From sequence record SRR31156797_326: a stretch of 64,000 nucleotides of DNA; one strand, given 5' to 3'. Shown piece after piece: positions 62,926-64,000 of this stretch (position 1 is its first letter; each line of letters begins with the position of its first letter). The position numbers and the translations under genes are program-made. The notes beneath the pieces were generated by a model. The model was not told the origin of the DNA. It saw only the letters and a list, made by a program, of their open reading frames with translations, and did not search any database.

Positions 62926-62942
62926 ATTACGATCTCCTCATT

Positions 62943-63638
62943 TTATGCGCTGATAGATTTTGGATCAATTTGAATTCCCGGGCTCATCGTACTCGACATA
63001 AAAATGCTCCTTACGTAAGTACCCTTGGCTGCAGCTGGTTTTAACTTAATGATGGTGGTGAGCAATTCTTTTGCATTATCCAGAATTTTGTTCTGATCAA
63101 ATGAACTTTTTGCTACCGAGGCATGAATGATGCCTGATTTATCCACCTTAAAGTCAATTTTACCTGCTTTAACATCATCAACAGCTTTTTTGATATCCAT
63201 GGTTACCGTGCCGGTTTTTGGGTTTGGCATCAAACCTCGTGGTCCGAGAATCCTACCCAAAGGTCCAACCTTAGGCATAACATTTGGCGTTGTAATAACA
63301 ACGTCGATATCAGTCCAGCCGCCTTTGATCTTTTCAACATATTCGTCCAGTCCGACGTGGTCGGCACCGGCAGCTTTGGCTTCTTCTTCCTTGTCAGGAG
63401 AACACAATACCAGCACACGTACAACTTTACCTGTACCGTGTGGCAGCGTTACTGATCCCCTAACCATTTGGTTAGCCTTTCTGGGGTCAACACCCAGTCG
63501 AATATCAAGATCTATCGAGGAATCAAACTTTGTAGTTGTGACGTCCTTAACAGTCTTTACTGCATCCACCAGAGTATAGCTAGCATTTTTATCGAATTTC
63601 GCTAAAGCTTCTTTGCGTTTTTTAGTCAATTTTCCCAT
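62943..63638 (-). CDS. rplA: 50S ribosomal protein L1
   Basis: [22 protein letters not shown]; start moved to MGKLTKK. Confidence 0.98.
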   Translation of the reverse strand: MGKLTKKRKEALAKFDKNASYTLVDAVKTVKDVTTTKFDSSIDLDIRLGVDPRKANQMVRGSVTLPHGTGKVVRVLVLCSPDKEEEAKAAGADHVGLDEYVEKIKGGWTDIDVVITTPNVMPKVGPLGRILGPRGLMPNPKTGTVTMDIKKAVDDVKAGKIDFKVDKSGIIHASVAKSSFDQNKILDNAKELLTTIIKLKPAAAKGTYVRSIFMSSTMSPGIQIDPKSISA

Positions 63639-63680
63639 TTGCGAATCCTGTTTTAATTTAAACAAATGCCTAAACAGCTA

Positions 63681-64000
63681 TTAGTTCTGTCCAAACGGAG
63701 GTGTGCCTTTAACAGTAATACCCATACTTCTTGCAGTGCCTGCTACCATGCGCATTGCCGATTCAACCGTAAAACAGTTGAGGTCTTTCATTTTTCCTTC
63801 GGCGATGCCTTTTACCTGGTCCCAGGATACTGCGGCTACTTTCTTTCTGTTTGATTCAGGCGAACCTTTTTTCTGTTTGGAAGCTTCTAACAGTTGTACT
63901 GCAACTGGCGGAGATTTGATTATAAAATCAAAGGATTTGTCTTTGTAAACAGTAATGATCACTGGAAGTACCTTACCGGCCTGTTCCTGCGTACGACCAT
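63681..64000 (-). CDS. rplK: 50S ribosomal protein L11 (5' part outside window)
   Basis: [22 protein letters not shown]; frame open to the window edge. Confidence 0.97.
   Translation of the reverse strand, partial: GRTQEQAGKVLPVIITVYKDKSFDFIIKSPPVAVQLLEASKQKKGSPESNRKKVAAVSWDQVKGIAEGKMKDLNCFTVESAMRMVAGTARSMGITVKGTPPFGQN

Noticed and set aside
52441-63948. Many plus-strand ORFs over moxR, rpoBC and ribosomal protein genes
   Set aside because: Antisense shadows of conserved genes
1-64000. CRISPR array, tRNA/rRNA, integrase, transposase or reverse transcriptase
   Set aside because: No regularly spaced repeats, RNA gene signatures or such protein motifs recognised by eye

Overview
Chromosomal window from a Bacteroidota (Bacteroidales-like) bacterium, judged from TAnnTTTG promoter elements, T9SS-secreted proteins, the Bat operon and the rpoC-DUF3467 synteny. 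The right half is housekeeping: rplK(partial)-rplA-rplJ-rplL-rpoB-rpoC, DUF3467, moxR-DUF58-batABCDE, arcC-arcB, dnaX, radC and rpsT. The left half is richer in accessory and scavenging functions: a LexA/CI-like repressor followed by a RelE-type TA pair and a diverged 38-codon copy of the repressor's own C-terminal coiled coil; an orphan LytS-type sensor; a GH3/beta-lactamase fusion; a second TA pair whose ParE-like toxin has no canonical start codon; a SusD-less candidate nucleic-acid utilisation locus (lamin-tail T9SS protein, TonB-dependent receptor, T9SS endonuclease); and a peptidoglycan-recycling operon (AmgK-RapZ fusion, an uncalled 40-aa Cys4 protein, MurU, GH73-LysM, EEP nuclease). 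dnaX is split at an A10 run, so full-length tau needs recoding, and a C1B peptidase homologue appears to lack two catalytic residues. No rRNA, tRNA, CRISPR array, transposase or integrase was recognised. All product calls come from motif recognition by eye, not from database searches.
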